Of a DNA stretch of 64,000 bases, positions 9,380 through 19,790 are shown piece after piece. Under the pieces are notes generated by a model. The model was given only the letters and a program-made list of their open reading frames with translations. It did not search any database and had not been told where the DNA came from. Each line of letters opens with the position of its first letter. Position 1 is the stretch's first letter. Source of the DNA: Myxococcales bacterium (GTDB lineage Bacteria; Myxococcota_A; UBA9042; JABWCM01; BTVJ01); the NCBI GenBank assembly GCA_045863395.1, contig BTVJ01000008.1, positions 64,001 to 128,000 on the forward strand, written 5' to 3'. The position numbers were made by a program, and so were the translations under genes.

Positions 9380-11293
9380 GTGATGAAGAAGCGTGAAGCG
9401 ATCAAGGCCCTGCTGGTGAGCCTCCTGCTGGCCTCCTGCGCCGCAGCCGATGATGGTCCCGAGTGCCGCGGTGACGACGACTGCCCTGGAACCGAGGCCT
9501 GCGGGGAGGGGCGCTGCACCGCCATCGTGGGGAGCCCCTGCAGCGCCACCGACGGGTGTCCCAAGAGCTTCATCTGTGTGGGCGCCTACTGCGCAGCGCC
9601 GGTGATCGAGGCCGACGCGTGCTCCTGCGCCGAGGACGCCGCCTGTACGGCCACCTCCGCTCAATGCGTCGACACGTCCGTGCCGGAGCCCGAGTGCATC
9701 TTCGACGTGGACTGCGAGGATGGCAACACCTGCACCGAGGACCGCTGCGTCGACCAGCAGTGCTTCTCGAAGGTCTCCACCGCGCTCGGGTGCTGCGACA
9801 CGGACACGGACTGCGACGACGGAGACGTGTGCACCGAGGATCGGTGCGGGATGGAGACGCCCCACCAGTGCACCCACGCAGTGACGGACATCAACTGCTG
9901 CAACGCGAGCTCCGAGTGCGACGACTTCAAGCAGTGCACGACGGACGCCTGCACCGACAACCAGTGCACCCACGTCAAGCCTGAGGGGAGCGCGTGCTGC
10001 GACGAGGACGTGGAGTGCGACGACGCGGACCCGTGCACCACGGACATCTGCCTCGGCAAGGGCTGCGTCCACCCGATCAACAGCCTCCTTCCCGGGTGCA
10101 AGTGCACCACTACCACGGCCTGCAATGACGGCAACCCGTGCACGACGGACACCTGCCTGAGCCTCAAGTGCAAGTATGCCTACAACTTCGACCATGATGA
10201 GAAGGATGGCGTCTGTTGCCAGTCGGACTTCTTCTGCAATGACAGTGATCCCGGGACCAAGGACCAGTGCGTCGCCAACAGGTGCGTCCACAAGCAGCTC
10301 AAGGCGTGCACCAAGGACAGCCAGTGCGACGACAAGAACGCCTGCACGACCGACCTCTGCTACAACGGGTTCTGTCGCATCGAGCAGGTGGACAACCCGT
10401 TCTGCTGCAACAACGACGCGGACTGCAATGACGGGAACGTGTGCACGGTCGACCGCTGCATCGACTTCCAGTGCGGGTTCGAGGTGTCGACGGAGCTAGG
10501 CTGCTGCATCAAGGACAAGGACTGCGACGACAAAGTGGCCTGCACCATCGACGCCTGTGTGGACTTCAACTGCACGTATCAGCCCGTGGCGGAGGGGTGC
10601 TGCACGTCGGACCTGGCGTGCGACGACAACAAGGTGTGCACCATCGACACGTGCGTGAGCGGCCTGTGCGAGCACGAGGAGTCGGTGGAGCCCTGCTGCT
10701 CCGCCGATGCGCAGTGCGATGACGGAAACGTCTGCACGCAGGACGCGTGCAACGGGGGCTACTGCTACTACTTCAAGCCCAACCCGCAGTGCTGCGCCCT
10801 GGACGACGAGTGCCTCGACGAGAACCCGTGCACGATCGACGCGTGCGTCAACAACAAGTGCGTCCACTCGCTGGACGTGACGTGCTGCGCCAGCGACGGC
10901 GCCTGCAACGACGGGAACGTCTGCACGCTCGACCAGTGCATCCAGGGCGATCCCCTCGCGCCCGGCGTGTGCAAGCAGACCCCCATTCCCTCGTGCTGCA
11001 AGGTCGACGGGGACTGCATCCCGACCCTCGCCTGCGAGGAGCCCCACTGCGTCAACGGCAACTGCATCTTCGTGAAGGGGCCCGAGTGCTGCTCCAAGGA
11101 CGCCGACTGCGACGACAAGAACCCCTGCACCGACGATGGCTGCGCTGCCGGCTCCTGCACCCACAAGTCGCTGGAGAACGTGCCTGGGTGCTGCTCCAAG
11201 ATCAGCGACTGCAAGTCACCGGACCCCTGCAGCGTGCCGCACTGTGTCGAGACCAAGTGCGTGTTCTCGCAGAAGCCGGGGTGCGGGGGCTGA
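9380..11293 (+). CDS. Cys-rich repeat lipoprotein
   Basis: Lipobox LLASC, then more than a dozen CC.xD.xCDDG(N/D)xCTxDxC repeats. Confidence 0.88.
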   Translation: MMKKREAIKALLVSLLLASCAAADDGPECRGDDDCPGTEACGEGRCTAIVGSPCSATDGCPKSFICVGAYCAAPVIEADACSCAEDAACTATSAQCVDTSVPEPECIFDVDCEDGNTCTEDRCVDQQCFSKVSTALGCCDTDTDCDDGDVCTEDRCGMETPHQCTHAVTDINCCNASSECDDFKQCTTDACTDNQCTHVKPEGSACCDEDVECDDADPCTTDICLGKGCVHPINSLLPGCKCTTTTACNDGNPCTTDTCLSLKCKYAYNFDHDEKDGVCCQSDFFCNDSDPGTKDQCVANRCVHKQLKACTKDSQCDDKNACTTDLCYNGFCRIEQVDNPFCCNNDADCNDGNVCTVDRCIDFQCGFEVSTELGCCIKDKDCDDKVACTIDACVDFNCTYQPVAEGCCTSDLACDDNKVCTIDTCVSGLCEHEESVEPCCSADAQCDDGNVCTQDACNGGYCYYFKPNPQCCALDDECLDENPCTIDACVNNKCVHSLDVTCCASDGACNDGNVCTLDQCIQGDPLAPGVCKQTPIPSCCKVDGDCIPTLACEEPHCVNGNCIFVKGPECCSKDADCDDKNPCTDDGCAAGSCTHKSLENVPGCCSKISDCKSPDPCSVPHCVETKCVFSQKPGCGG

Positions 11294-11367
11294 AGCGAGG
11301 GTCGTCGAGGTGAGTCGCCTCGACCCGCTGCCTCCGCTCGCCCGTGGTCAATGACGGCTCGGACTGC

Positions 11368-12234
11368 TCAGAACGCGATGCCCACGTCCGCCCGCAGCGC
11401 CGGGTAGAAGATGACGCCGTCCGCCGTCGCCAGGATGCCCGGTCCTGCCGCGATGCCCAGCGCCAGGGTCTGCCAGGCGAGGTACTGGTAGCCCGTCGAG
11501 GCGCCTACGAGGGCCCCGAACGTGTCGGAGGGCGCACCGCTCGTGGCGCCCCCAACCAGCGCCGCCAGCTCGACGAACCACCCGTCCGGGGCTCGCTGAA
11601 GAGGGTACCAGCGGGCGCCCAGCAGGCCCCCCAGGCCGAAGTCGCGGCCGGACACCGGCATCCCGAAGGCAAGGCCTGCCTCGATGGACCAGCGCTCTGC
11701 GACGGTCACCTCGAGCTCCACGATGGGAGAGACCACGATGAGCATCAGGCCATTGGTGCGCAGGAGCGCCCCTGGGCCGTCCTCGATGGGAGGGCCGGTG
11801 TGGACGACCAGGGCCGGCTCCAGGGGTGGTTCGACGTTCACGGGCTCCACGGGGGGATGCTCCGTGGCGGGAACCACCGCTGGCGGAGTCCGCTGCGCGA
11901 TCAGGTCGCGCAGCGCCTTCGCACGGCGCTCGGCCTCCGCCCGGCGAGCGGCCGGCGCGTCCGATGCGGCCAGCTCCTCGAACAGGGCGGCGGCTCGCTC
12001 CTGGTCCCCCAGCTCCTCGTGGCATCGCGCCCGGTTCCAGAGCAGGACCGGAGCTGGGGCGAGCCTCCACGCCTCGTCGTAGCGCTCCAGCGCCTCACGG
12101 TAGCGCCCGGCCTTGAAGTGGGCGTCGCCCTTGCGCCCGATGGACGTGGCCTTCGTCGTGGGCGGCGCGGCGAGGGAGGGCGCCGCGCTGCACAGAGCCA
12201 CCGCGATCAGGGCGTACACGAGCCTCACTGCCAT
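11368..12234 (-). CDS. Secreted TPR protein with a putative C-terminal beta-strand (outer-membrane) domain
   Basis: Signal peptide; TPR (GDAHFKAGRYREALERY...LLWNRARCHEELG); alternating beta-strands ending ...DVGIAF. Confidence 0.7.
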   Translation of the reverse strand: MAVRLVYALIAVALCSAAPSLAAPPTTKATSIGRKGDAHFKAGRYREALERYDEAWRLAPAPVLLWNRARCHEELGDQERAAALFEELAASDAPAARRAEAERRAKALRDLIAQRTPPAVVPATEHPPVEPVNVEPPLEPALVVHTGPPIEDGPGALLRTNGLMLIVVSPIVELEVTVAERWSIEAGLAFGMPVSGRDFGLGGLLGARWYPLQRAPDGWFVELAALVGGATSGAPSDTFGALVGASTGYQYLAWQTLALGIAAGPGILATADGVIFYPALRADVGIAF

Positions 12235-13766
12235 TCCACGCCTCCTGGGGGCTGAGGCTTCGTCGGGAGCTTGCGGGGCGCGGGCTGCGCGATCTCGGTC
12301 TCCAGGCCGCGCCGGGTGGGAGCCGCATCGGGGGGCTCCCCGTCCCGGAGGACCGCTGGGCCACGCATGACGTGGACGACCACGGGGGTGACGAGTGGCG
12401 CGGGCGCGGCAGGGAGCGGGGAGCCGGTCGGTGCGGGTTCGGGTGACGGGTCGCTCGTCGCTTCACGGGGACCCGGAGCCCTCCGAGGGGCGTCAGCGGC
12501 GACGTGTGCGGTCGAGGGAGCGCTGGCCTCGGGAGGTCGCCGTTCCCGGGGCCAGAGCGCGACGGTGACGGCCGCGACGACAACGGCGACGGCAGCGGCC
12601 GCCGCCACCAGCGCCCTGCGGGGCCGGACGCCCCGCGCCGCGCGGATCGCGTCCACCGTGTCCCCACCGCGCAGGATGGTCGAGGGGGGAGTCTCCACCG
12701 GAGTCGCCCCGAGGGTCGGGTCGCTTCCCATGGTGACCTGAGAGGACGGCGACGCTCCGGTGCGAGGGCCCTCAGGCGAGGGAGGCCCCAATGCGACCGG
12801 CGCGCCGGTCCGTGCCGACTCGAGGCGATGTCGCAGCGCGTCGGCGCTCGGGGGTCGCACGCTCGGGTCCTTCTCCAGGCAGGCGTGGACGACGGCGGCC
12901 AGCTCCGCCGAGACCGGGGCCAGCTCCACCAGTGGTGGCACGGGGGAGACGACGTGGGCGGCCAGCACCTGCATGATGTGCGTCCCGTCGAAGGGCAGCC
13001 GCCCCGCCAGCATCTCATAGAGGAGCACCCCCACGGCGTAGAGATCGGCCCGCGCGTCCACGCGGTGGCCGAGCGCCTGCTCGGGCGCCATGTAGGCGGG
13101 GCTGCCCAGCACGGCGCCCGTCTGTGTCAGGGTGCCCCCCTCGCTGGTGGTCGCCAGCTTGGCCACGCCGAAGTCCAGCACCTTGACCATGTCCCGCTCG
13201 CCGCGCACCTCCTGGATGAAGATGTTGTCCGGCTTGATGTCGCGGTGGACGATCCCCTGATCGTGGGCCTCCCCCAGGCTTCGGAGCACCTGACAGGCGA
13301 TGGAGATCGCCCGGTCGGGGTCGAGGCGGCCCTCCCGGGCGAGGAGCCTGTTCAGCGGCTCCCCCTGAAGCAGCTCGACCACCATGAACAGGTCGCCGTC
13401 CTCGGTCTGGCCGAAGTCGAACACCTTGATGGTGCTCGGGTGCTGAAGCAGGCTCGCCGCGTGGGCCTCGCGCTGGAAGCGCCCGATCTGCTCCAGGCTC
13501 GACGCGAGCTCCCGGCGAAGCAGCTTCAGCGCCACCGGCCGGTTGCCCATGTTGAGCTGGAACGCGCGGTAGACGGACCCGAAGCCGCCGCGCCCCAAGA
13601 GGGCGTCGACTTTGTAGCGGCCCTCGAACACGTGCCCCACCATGGGGTCGGGGCGCGGCACGGTGCCGACCAGCTCCTCCGACACGGTCTGATAGCCGTC
13701 GTGAGGACATCGCGCCTCCTCGGTGCGCGTGCGACACTGGGGGCAGATGCGCATGGGCGGGCTCAT
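12225..13766 (-). CDS. Membrane Ser/Thr protein kinase with N-terminal Zn-ribbon-like segment
   Basis: GRGGFG, VALK, HRDIKPDN, DFG and APE motifs, plus a TM helix. Start trimmed to MSPPMRIC (ATGA overlap with the upstream stop). Confidence 0.92.
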   Translation of the reverse strand: MSPPMRICPQCRTRTEEARCPHDGYQTVSEELVGTVPRPDPMVGHVFEGRYKVDALLGRGGFGSVYRAFQLNMGNRPVALKLLRRELASSLEQIGRFQREAHAASLLQHPSTIKVFDFGQTEDGDLFMVVELLQGEPLNRLLAREGRLDPDRAISIACQVLRSLGEAHDQGIVHRDIKPDNIFIQEVRGERDMVKVLDFGVAKLATTSEGGTLTQTGAVLGSPAYMAPEQALGHRVDARADLYAVGVLLYEMLAGRLPFDGTHIMQVLAAHVVSPVPPLVELAPVSAELAAVVHACLEKDPSVRPPSADALRHRLESARTGAPVALGPPSPEGPRTGASPSSQVTMGSDPTLGATPVETPPSTILRGGDTVDAIRAARGVRPRRALVAAAAAVAVVVAAVTVALWPRERRPPEASAPSTAHVAADAPRRAPGPREATSDPSPEPAPTGSPLPAAPAPLVTPVVVHVMRGPAVLRDGEPPDAAPTRRGLETEIAQPAPRKLPTKPQPPGGVEWQ

Positions 13767-14365
13767 GGCCGCCTCCTGCGCGCGCCGAGGAGCGCGAGGG
13801 CGAGGCCCGCCAGAGGGACGACGCCCGCGGCTCCGGCGCCCGCCGCGCTGCAGGCCGCCAGCCCAGCGAGACCGAGGAGGTGCGGATCGGCGTCGTCCTC
13901 CCTGGCCACGGCGACGCAGTCGAAGGACTGGACCTCCTCCACGAACGCGCACACGCTCTGACGCTTGGTACAGTCGAGCTGGTGCCGCTCCTCCTGCTGG
14001 CACCACTCGAGGAGGTCCCCGTTGCAGCGCCCCGAGAACGACAGGCCGTCGTCACACGGCTGACCGGTGCCCGTCGCGTCTGCAAAGCACACGTCGAGCT
14101 CATTGCGGCAGTGCTTGTCGAGGCAGGCGGTGAGCGCGTCCCCGGTCTCGGTGGGACAGTTGGCCTCCAGGCACGCCAGCACGGCCTGGACCTCGCCGAC
14201 CTCTCCGGTGGTCGTCGGGGTGCAGCTCTCGAAGCACGCCTCGTCGTCGTCGGGGCAGGTCTGGGTGCACGCGAAGAAGCCGGCGCACGTGTCGCCCACG
14301 TTGATGGCCGCCAGCCCCGATGCAGGGGCGAGCGTCGCGAGCAGGGCGAAGATCGGAGTGCGCAT
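13763..14365 (-). CDS. Small Cys-rich secreted protein with MYXO-CTERM-like tail
   Basis: Signal peptide, Cys-rich helical region, tail ACSAAG...LALALLGARRRRP. Confidence 0.78.
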   Translation of the reverse strand: MRTPIFALLATLAPASGLAAINVGDTCAGFFACTQTCPDDDEACFESCTPTTTGEVGEVQAVLACLEANCPTETGDALTACLDKHCRNELDVCFADATGTGQPCDDGLSFSGRCNGDLLEWCQQEERHQLDCTKRQSVCAFVEEVQSFDCVAVAREDDADPHLLGLAGLAACSAAGAGAAGVVPLAGLALALLGARRRRP

Positions 14366-14489
14366 GGACCGTGTCTCCCGGCGGGCTGGCGCCTTGCGTG
14401 GAGTATAGGGCAGGCGAAGCGCCGCGCGTCAACATTGGCAACTACGGACCTGGGGGGCGCCGACCGTTGTCCCCCAAAGGAGGTGCACC

Positions 14490-15152
14490 ATGTCCCTCAC
14501 TTGGATGGTGGAGGGTGTCCCACGCCCCTACGAGGTGCGGCCGTCGCGGTCCGCGCGGGAGCTGGACGCAGCGCACCGTGCGGCGCAGCCTGAGCGAGCC
14601 CGGAAGGACGACGACCACCCGGCGGCCCAGGCGGTGCGCAGGGCCCGTCGTGCCTATGCCGACGTCGAGGACCAGGCCGCGGCGCGCCAGCCAGCGGTGA
14701 CCGCGGCCCACATCATGACGTCGCCGGTCCTCACGCTCCCCGAGGACGCCTCGGTCCGAGAGGCGCTCGCGCTGATGCAGGCGCGCGCCATTCGGCACGT
14801 CCCGGTCACCAGCGCGGAGGGCGCGCTCGTGGGGCTCGTGTCGGACAGGGACCTGCCTCGGCTCGTCGTCGAGCCTCCTGAGATGCCTGCCCCAGACTCC
14901 CCCGCGGGCGCGGAGGGCTCTGCCCCAGGGCACCTGCCACCAGACCTGGACGCCCCGCTCCGGGCCGTCATGTCGACCCGCCTCCTCACTGCCCCGCTGG
15001 ACACGCCCATCCGCGAGATCGCGCAGGTCATGGTCGACGAGCGGGTCTCCTGTGTCCCCGTTCTGGACCGGGACCGCCTCGCCGGCATCGTCACCAGCAC
15101 CGACGTGCTCCGCGCCGTCGTCACGCGCTCGCCCCTGGAGCTGTGGGCTTGA
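14490..15152 (+). CDS. CBS-pair domain protein
   Basis: IMTSPVLTL...IRHVPV...LVGLVSDRDL and VMS...VSCVPV...LAGIVTSTDVL; SD AGGAGG upstream. Confidence 0.9.
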   Translation: MSLTWMVEGVPRPYEVRPSRSARELDAAHRAAQPERARKDDDHPAAQAVRRARRAYADVEDQAAARQPAVTAAHIMTSPVLTLPEDASVREALALMQARAIRHVPVTSAEGALVGLVSDRDLPRLVVEPPEMPAPDSPAGAEGSAPGHLPPDLDAPLRAVMSTRLLTAPLDTPIREIAQVMVDERVSCVPVLDRDRLAGIVTSTDVLRAVVTRSPLELWA

Positions 15153-15243
15153 GGCGCTCGTCACGCGGATCGGGTCGCCGTGGGGGCAGGCCTCCGTCGT
15201 CCGGCGCTCGGCTCCTCGGGCGGCCTGTCGCGCAGCGGCAACG

Positions 15244-15272
15244 TTGACGCCACCTGGGGGGTCGCCTAGACT
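15244..15272 (+). promoter_or_regulatory. Putative sigma70-type promoter
   Basis: TTGACG-17 bp-TAGACT upstream of the 15419 gene. Confidence 0.5.
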
Positions 15273-15418
15273 GGCCCGCGCGCGACCCGGGCCGGAAGTT
15301 CGCGGAGTTGCGAGGCATCCAGTCCTCGTGACCCGCGCTGCCGGTCGCAGCTTTCGCTCAAGGGCGGGCGTGCCTCTGTCGTAGAGGCTCACGGCGCGCA
15401 CCGGGAAGGAGAGCCTGC

Positions 15419-17179
15419 ATGTTCAAGCTCAAGATCAGCCTCTTGTACCTGCTCCTGATCGTGCTGTCCGTGGTCACCGTCTGGTTTGCCGTGGATGCGA
15501 GCTCCCAGGAGGCGGAGGGGCGCCTCGTGACCCGCATCAGGGACGCCTTCCCGTCCTTCGAGAAGATGCGGGAGCTCCAGGAGCTTGGGATGCACGGCGC
15601 CGCCACCGCCATCGCGACCAGCGAGGTGGAGGCCTACCTGAGGACCGTCGAGGACTTCCGGGGCGATCTCGTGGACATCGAGCGCGAGGTCTACTCCCGC
15701 TGGCCCGTCAGCCGCAACCCGCGGGAGGAGGACGCCCAGCGCAAGCTCCGCGAGGACTGGGTCGGCGGCCACACGGACTTCCTGGACCGGTTCACGGAGC
15801 AGCTCGCCAGCCGCGTAGAGGCGGTGCGGGGAGAGGCTGCCTGGGGGAAGCAGACCCGCGAGGAGTTCCTGCGCGAGAAGCGACGCACGCTCCAGGTGTG
15901 CAGCGCCTTCGCCGTCAACAACTGCTTCTTCCAGTTCACGTACTTCCCGCTCAAGGAGGCCACGGAGCGCATCCTGCCCGGCACGGTCGAGGCGTTCCGC
16001 CCGACGCTGGCCATCGTCGTCGACGATCGGGGCGTTGGCTGGGCCCGCTCCGACAACGCCACCTGGTCGGACAAGGTCAAGTTCGGCGAGACCTACCCCA
16101 TCATCCACGTAGCCCGCCGCCAGGGGGTCATGCACGACCTGGTCCTGATGGATGACGGGCTGAGCTACTACTTCGTGACGGTGGTGCCCATCCACACGGG
16201 GGACCGGCACCTGGGCTCCATCATGGTGGGCCTGCCGGTGGACGAGAAGCTCACCCACGAGCTGTCGCGCTCCGTCGGGGCCGATGTGACGCTGGTGCTC
16301 GACGACAAGCCGATCCAGTCGACGTTGAAGGACGCGGACTACGACTCCTTCGTGCGCAAGGCCCTTCGGGGCCTGGCCGGGGAGGACCGCTACCGCATGG
16401 TCCGCTTCGGGGACGACCGCTATGAGGCGGTCTCGTTCTACTACTACCGTCCCGATCGGGCCTCGGAGGCGGCGCTCTCGGGCATGGGGATGATGGTCGA
16501 CCGCAAGATCGAGGACCTGCGGGTCGTGTTGACGGGCGACAAGCACACGGAGCTGGGCGCCTTCACGACGGTCAAGACCCTGATCCCCATCCTGGGCGGC
16601 GTGACCTTCCTCGTGGGGCTCCTGCTGATCCTGCTCCTGATCCGCAACTGGACCGCGTCCTTCGAGCAGATCGAGCAGGGGATCCACGAGGTGATCAATG
16701 GCAACCACGACTACCAGTTCAACTTCCACTACAAGGAGATGCTCGCGGAGTCCATGGCCCAGTCGCTGAACCTGATGGTCGCCGTGCTGACCGGGCGGTC
16801 GCACGACGACGACGCCGAGACCGAGCGCTGGGTGGAGAGCCTGCTCATCGAGGACCGGGAGCACCAGGACGCCGCCGTGGCGGCTGTGCGTCCGGCCGAT
16901 GTCGGGGCGGGCATCCGCACCGGCGGCTTCGGAGAGCGCACCCGCGAGGAGCTGACCCGCGAGCCTGCGGAGCAGTACTACAAGAGGCTCTACTCCGAGT
17001 ACGTGGCCGCGCGGGGGTCCATCGGCGAGAGCAATGACCGGGTGACCTACGTGAAGTTCGTCGAGAAGCTGGTCAAGAACGAGAAGGCGCTCAAGCGCAA
17101 GTATGACTGCCGGATCGTGCGGTTCAACGTGCTGCTCAAGGAGGGGAAGGTGGTGCTGTCCCCGGTGCCCATAGCGTAG
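15419..17179 (+). CDS. Membrane protein with periplasmic sensor-like region and MXAN_5187-type C-terminal domain
   Basis: Two TM segments around a periplasmic region, a HAMP-like segment, and the C-terminus YKRLYSEYVAAR...KFVEKLVKNE...VRFNVLLKEGKVVL. Confidence 0.72.
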   Translation: MFKLKISLLYLLLIVLSVVTVWFAVDASSQEAEGRLVTRIRDAFPSFEKMRELQELGMHGAATAIATSEVEAYLRTVEDFRGDLVDIEREVYSRWPVSRNPREEDAQRKLREDWVGGHTDFLDRFTEQLASRVEAVRGEAAWGKQTREEFLREKRRTLQVCSAFAVNNCFFQFTYFPLKEATERILPGTVEAFRPTLAIVVDDRGVGWARSDNATWSDKVKFGETYPIIHVARRQGVMHDLVLMDDGLSYYFVTVVPIHTGDRHLGSIMVGLPVDEKLTHELSRSVGADVTLVLDDKPIQSTLKDADYDSFVRKALRGLAGEDRYRMVRFGDDRYEAVSFYYYRPDRASEAALSGMGMMVDRKIEDLRVVLTGDKHTELGAFTTVKTLIPILGGVTFLVGLLLILLLIRNWTASFEQIEQGIHEVINGNHDYQFNFHYKEMLAESMAQSLNLMVAVLTGRSHDDDAETERWVESLLIEDREHQDAAVAAVRPADVGAGIRTGGFGERTREELTREPAEQYYKRLYSEYVAARGSIGESNDRVTYVKFVEKLVKNEKALKRKYDCRIVRFNVLLKEGKVVLSPVPIA

Positions 17180-17194
17180 GCGGAGGGTGGCGCG

Positions 17195-19633
17195 TCAGTC
17201 GTCCGCGAGCCACGCGAGGGTCACGCCGTCTCCGCCGTCCTCCCGCTCGCCGGGGCGCCACTTGCGGACGTAGCGGGAGCGGTCGCACAGCTCACGCACC
17301 GCCTGCTTCATCGCGCCGCTGCCGTGGCCGTGGATCAGCCACAGCCCGGTCCGGCCCTCCAGCAGAGCCTGGTCCATGCGCCGGACGAGCTCCTCCAGCC
17401 CCTCCTCCACGCGGAGCCCGCGCAGGTCCACGGTCCACTCGCTTGTGCGCGGCGGGGCGTCGTCGCCGATCACCGGGGTCAGCGGGGCCTGGACCGCGCG
17501 GCGCTGAGGCGGTGCGGGGGCATCGGGGGGCCAGGCCAGGTTCTCCAGCTCTGTCGTCATGCGGGCGCGGCCGACCACCACCTCGATCTTGCGGGCCGAG
17601 TCCACGCGCCCGACCACCGCGGCGCGGGACAGGCTGCGCACCCACACGCGGGTGCCCTCGGTGAGGCGGCCGAGCTCCTCCGCTCCCAGCGCCTGGGATG
17701 TCGGGGCGTTCGGTGCGGGCGCCTGTGGGTCCACGGCTGCGCGGACGGCGGCCGCGGCTCGGTCGATGCGGCGACGGGCCTCGTCGATGCGGCGCGGGTC
17801 CTTCTCTGCCTGAAGCGCGGCAACGGCCGCCCTGGCGACGTCGCGCGCCTTCTCAAGCTCTCGTAGTACGTCCTTCTGCATCTCACGCGCGATCTCGAGC
17901 CCGCGCTGCTTCATACGGGCACGCTCTGCCTCCACCTCGCGCATGGTCTCGCGCTGCCTCTCCCGCTCCGTGATCGTCGCGGCCCGCTCGGCCGCGAGCG
18001 CCTCGCGCTCCCTCTCGAGGGCGGCCAGAGCGCTCTGGAGCTCCTCGGTCTGCGATCCGATCAGCGCCGTGGCGCGCTCCACCACCCGCGGGTCCATCCC
18101 GAGCTTGCTCGCCATCTCGATGGGTGACGACGAGCCGGGCGTGCCGATGGACAGGCGCCACGTCGGCGTCATCGTCGTCAGGTCGATGCCCACCGAGCCG
18201 TTGCGGAAGCGCCCGTCGCCGAGGGCCATGGTCTTCAGGCGGTCGTAGTGCGTCGTGACGAGCCCCCGCACGCCGCGGGTGGCGAGCGCCTCCAGCACGG
18301 CCATGGCGAGGGCGGCTCCTCCGGTGGGCTCCGTCCCGACCACGATCTCGTCCATGAGGACCAGGGTGTGGTCGTCGGCTGCGTCGAGCACCTCGCCGAG
18401 GAGCTTCAGGTGACCCGAGAAGGTGGAGAGGTCCTGCTCGATGCTGTGCGCGTCGCCAAAGACCGTGAAGATCTGGTCGAAGAGGCCCACCTCGCTGTCC
18501 GCCGCCGCCGGGATGTGCATGCCGGCCATGGTCATGAGCGTGCAGAGCCCGAAGGTGCTGAGCGTGACGCTCTTGCCGCCCGTGTTGGGGCCCGTGACCA
18601 CCAGGAGCTGCCACTGCTCGTGGAGCGGCACGTCATTGGGCACCACGTCCGAGCCCTTGAGGAGCAGGTGGGGGTTCCTGGCGCGGAGCAGGCGCGTGCG
18701 GCCCTGGTCGTTGACGACGGGCGCCGTCGCCTCCATCTCGTGGGCGAGGCGGGCCCGCGCTGCCAGGTGATCCAGTGACGCCAGGACGCGGACCGTCCAC
18801 CGGATGTCCCCCATGCGAGAGACGACGCGCTCCGTGCGGTCCCGCAGGACCAGGTGCTCCTCACGCTCGACGGCGTCGTGGAGCAGCTTCAGCTCGTTGT
18901 TCAGCGGGATGAGGGCCTCGGGCTCGACGAACACCGTCGCCCCCGTCTGGCTGGACCCGTGGATGATGCCCCGGAAGGTGGGCTTCATCGACGACTTGAC
19001 CGGCAGCACGTACCGCCCGTCACGGATGGTGTAGTACGAGTCCTGGAGCACGTCCTCGGCCTCGAGGCTCCCCACGTAGGACTCGAGCTTCGCCCGCACT
19101 CTGCTGCTGGTCGCCACCAGACGCCGTCGGAGGTCGCCCAGCTCCGGGCTCGCGTCGTCACGGATCTGGCCGGCGCCGTCGAAGGTCGTGTGGAGCACGT
19201 GGGCCAGCTCGGACAGGTCGGGCAGCAGCGCTGCTACCTGGAGGCACAGGGGGGCCTGCTCCTCACGGTCGTCGAACCACTCCCAGAGCCGTGAGGCGGC
19301 GGCCAGCGTGTCCGCGATCTTGACGAGGGGCTCCCGGGTGAGGATGCCCTCCTTTCCCGCGCGATCCATCTCTTGCCCCAGCGAGAGGATGCCGCCGAAG
19401 GGGGGGATCGCCCCCGTGTCCCGCAGGGCGCGCAGCTCGCCGACGCGCCCGAGCTCCGCCCGCACGTCCTCGATGCGCGCGAGCAGCGGGGTGCGCAGGG
19501 CGAAGGACGCGCCCTCCTCGGTCGCGCAGCAGGCGGCGAGGCGCTCCAGCAGGCGGCCCCACTTCAGGTCGTCGAGGGCCCGCTGCCCCACTCCGGAGCG
19601 CGGCGGGCTGAGCACATTGGCGTCGGTCTTCAC
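17195..19633 (-). CDS. mutS2: Endonuclease MutS2
   Basis: IHGSSQTGATVFVEP, Walker A GPNTGGKS, LSTFSGH, DEIVVGTEP, TTHY and Smr domain (DLRG...IHGHGSG). GTG start at 19633 follows AGGAGG. Confidence 0.93.
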   Translation of the reverse strand: MKTDANVLSPPRSGVGQRALDDLKWGRLLERLAACCATEEGASFALRTPLLARIEDVRAELGRVGELRALRDTGAIPPFGGILSLGQEMDRAGKEGILTREPLVKIADTLAAASRLWEWFDDREEQAPLCLQVAALLPDLSELAHVLHTTFDGAGQIRDDASPELGDLRRRLVATSSRVRAKLESYVGSLEAEDVLQDSYYTIRDGRYVLPVKSSMKPTFRGIIHGSSQTGATVFVEPEALIPLNNELKLLHDAVEREEHLVLRDRTERVVSRMGDIRWTVRVLASLDHLAARARLAHEMEATAPVVNDQGRTRLLRARNPHLLLKGSDVVPNDVPLHEQWQLLVVTGPNTGGKSVTLSTFGLCTLMTMAGMHIPAAADSEVGLFDQIFTVFGDAHSIEQDLSTFSGHLKLLGEVLDAADDHTLVLMDEIVVGTEPTGGAALAMAVLEALATRGVRGLVTTHYDRLKTMALGDGRFRNGSVGIDLTTMTPTWRLSIGTPGSSSPIEMASKLGMDPRVVERATALIGSQTEELQSALAALEREREALAAERAATITERERQRETMREVEAERARMKQRGLEIAREMQKDVLRELEKARDVARAAVAALQAEKDPRRIDEARRRIDRAAAAVRAAVDPQAPAPNAPTSQALGAEELGRLTEGTRVWVRSLSRAAVVGRVDSARKIEVVVGRARMTTELENLAWPPDAPAPPQRRAVQAPLTPVIGDDAPPRTSEWTVDLRGLRVEEGLEELVRRMDQALLEGRTGLWLIHGHGSGAMKQAVRELCDRSRYVRKWRPGEREDGGDGVTLAWLADD

Positions 19634-19790
19634 GGTGGCTCCTCCTGGCCCGCGCCACTCTACCTGCGCCCTCGGGCGTGCGCAAAGGGCGCGAGCGTTA
19701 CGTCGCCGCCCCGGTGGCGCGAGCATCTTCCTTGCGCAGGGTGGCGGGCCCCCCTATCATCGGCGGTCGCACCGAACCCCGGAGATCGCC

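Noticed and set aside
9700..11200. Periodic DNA repeats (also 61500-63900) resembling an array
   Set aside because: They are degenerate, in-frame Cys-rich and TSP3 protein repeats. There are no identical repeats with unique spacers and no cas genes, so this is not CRISPR.
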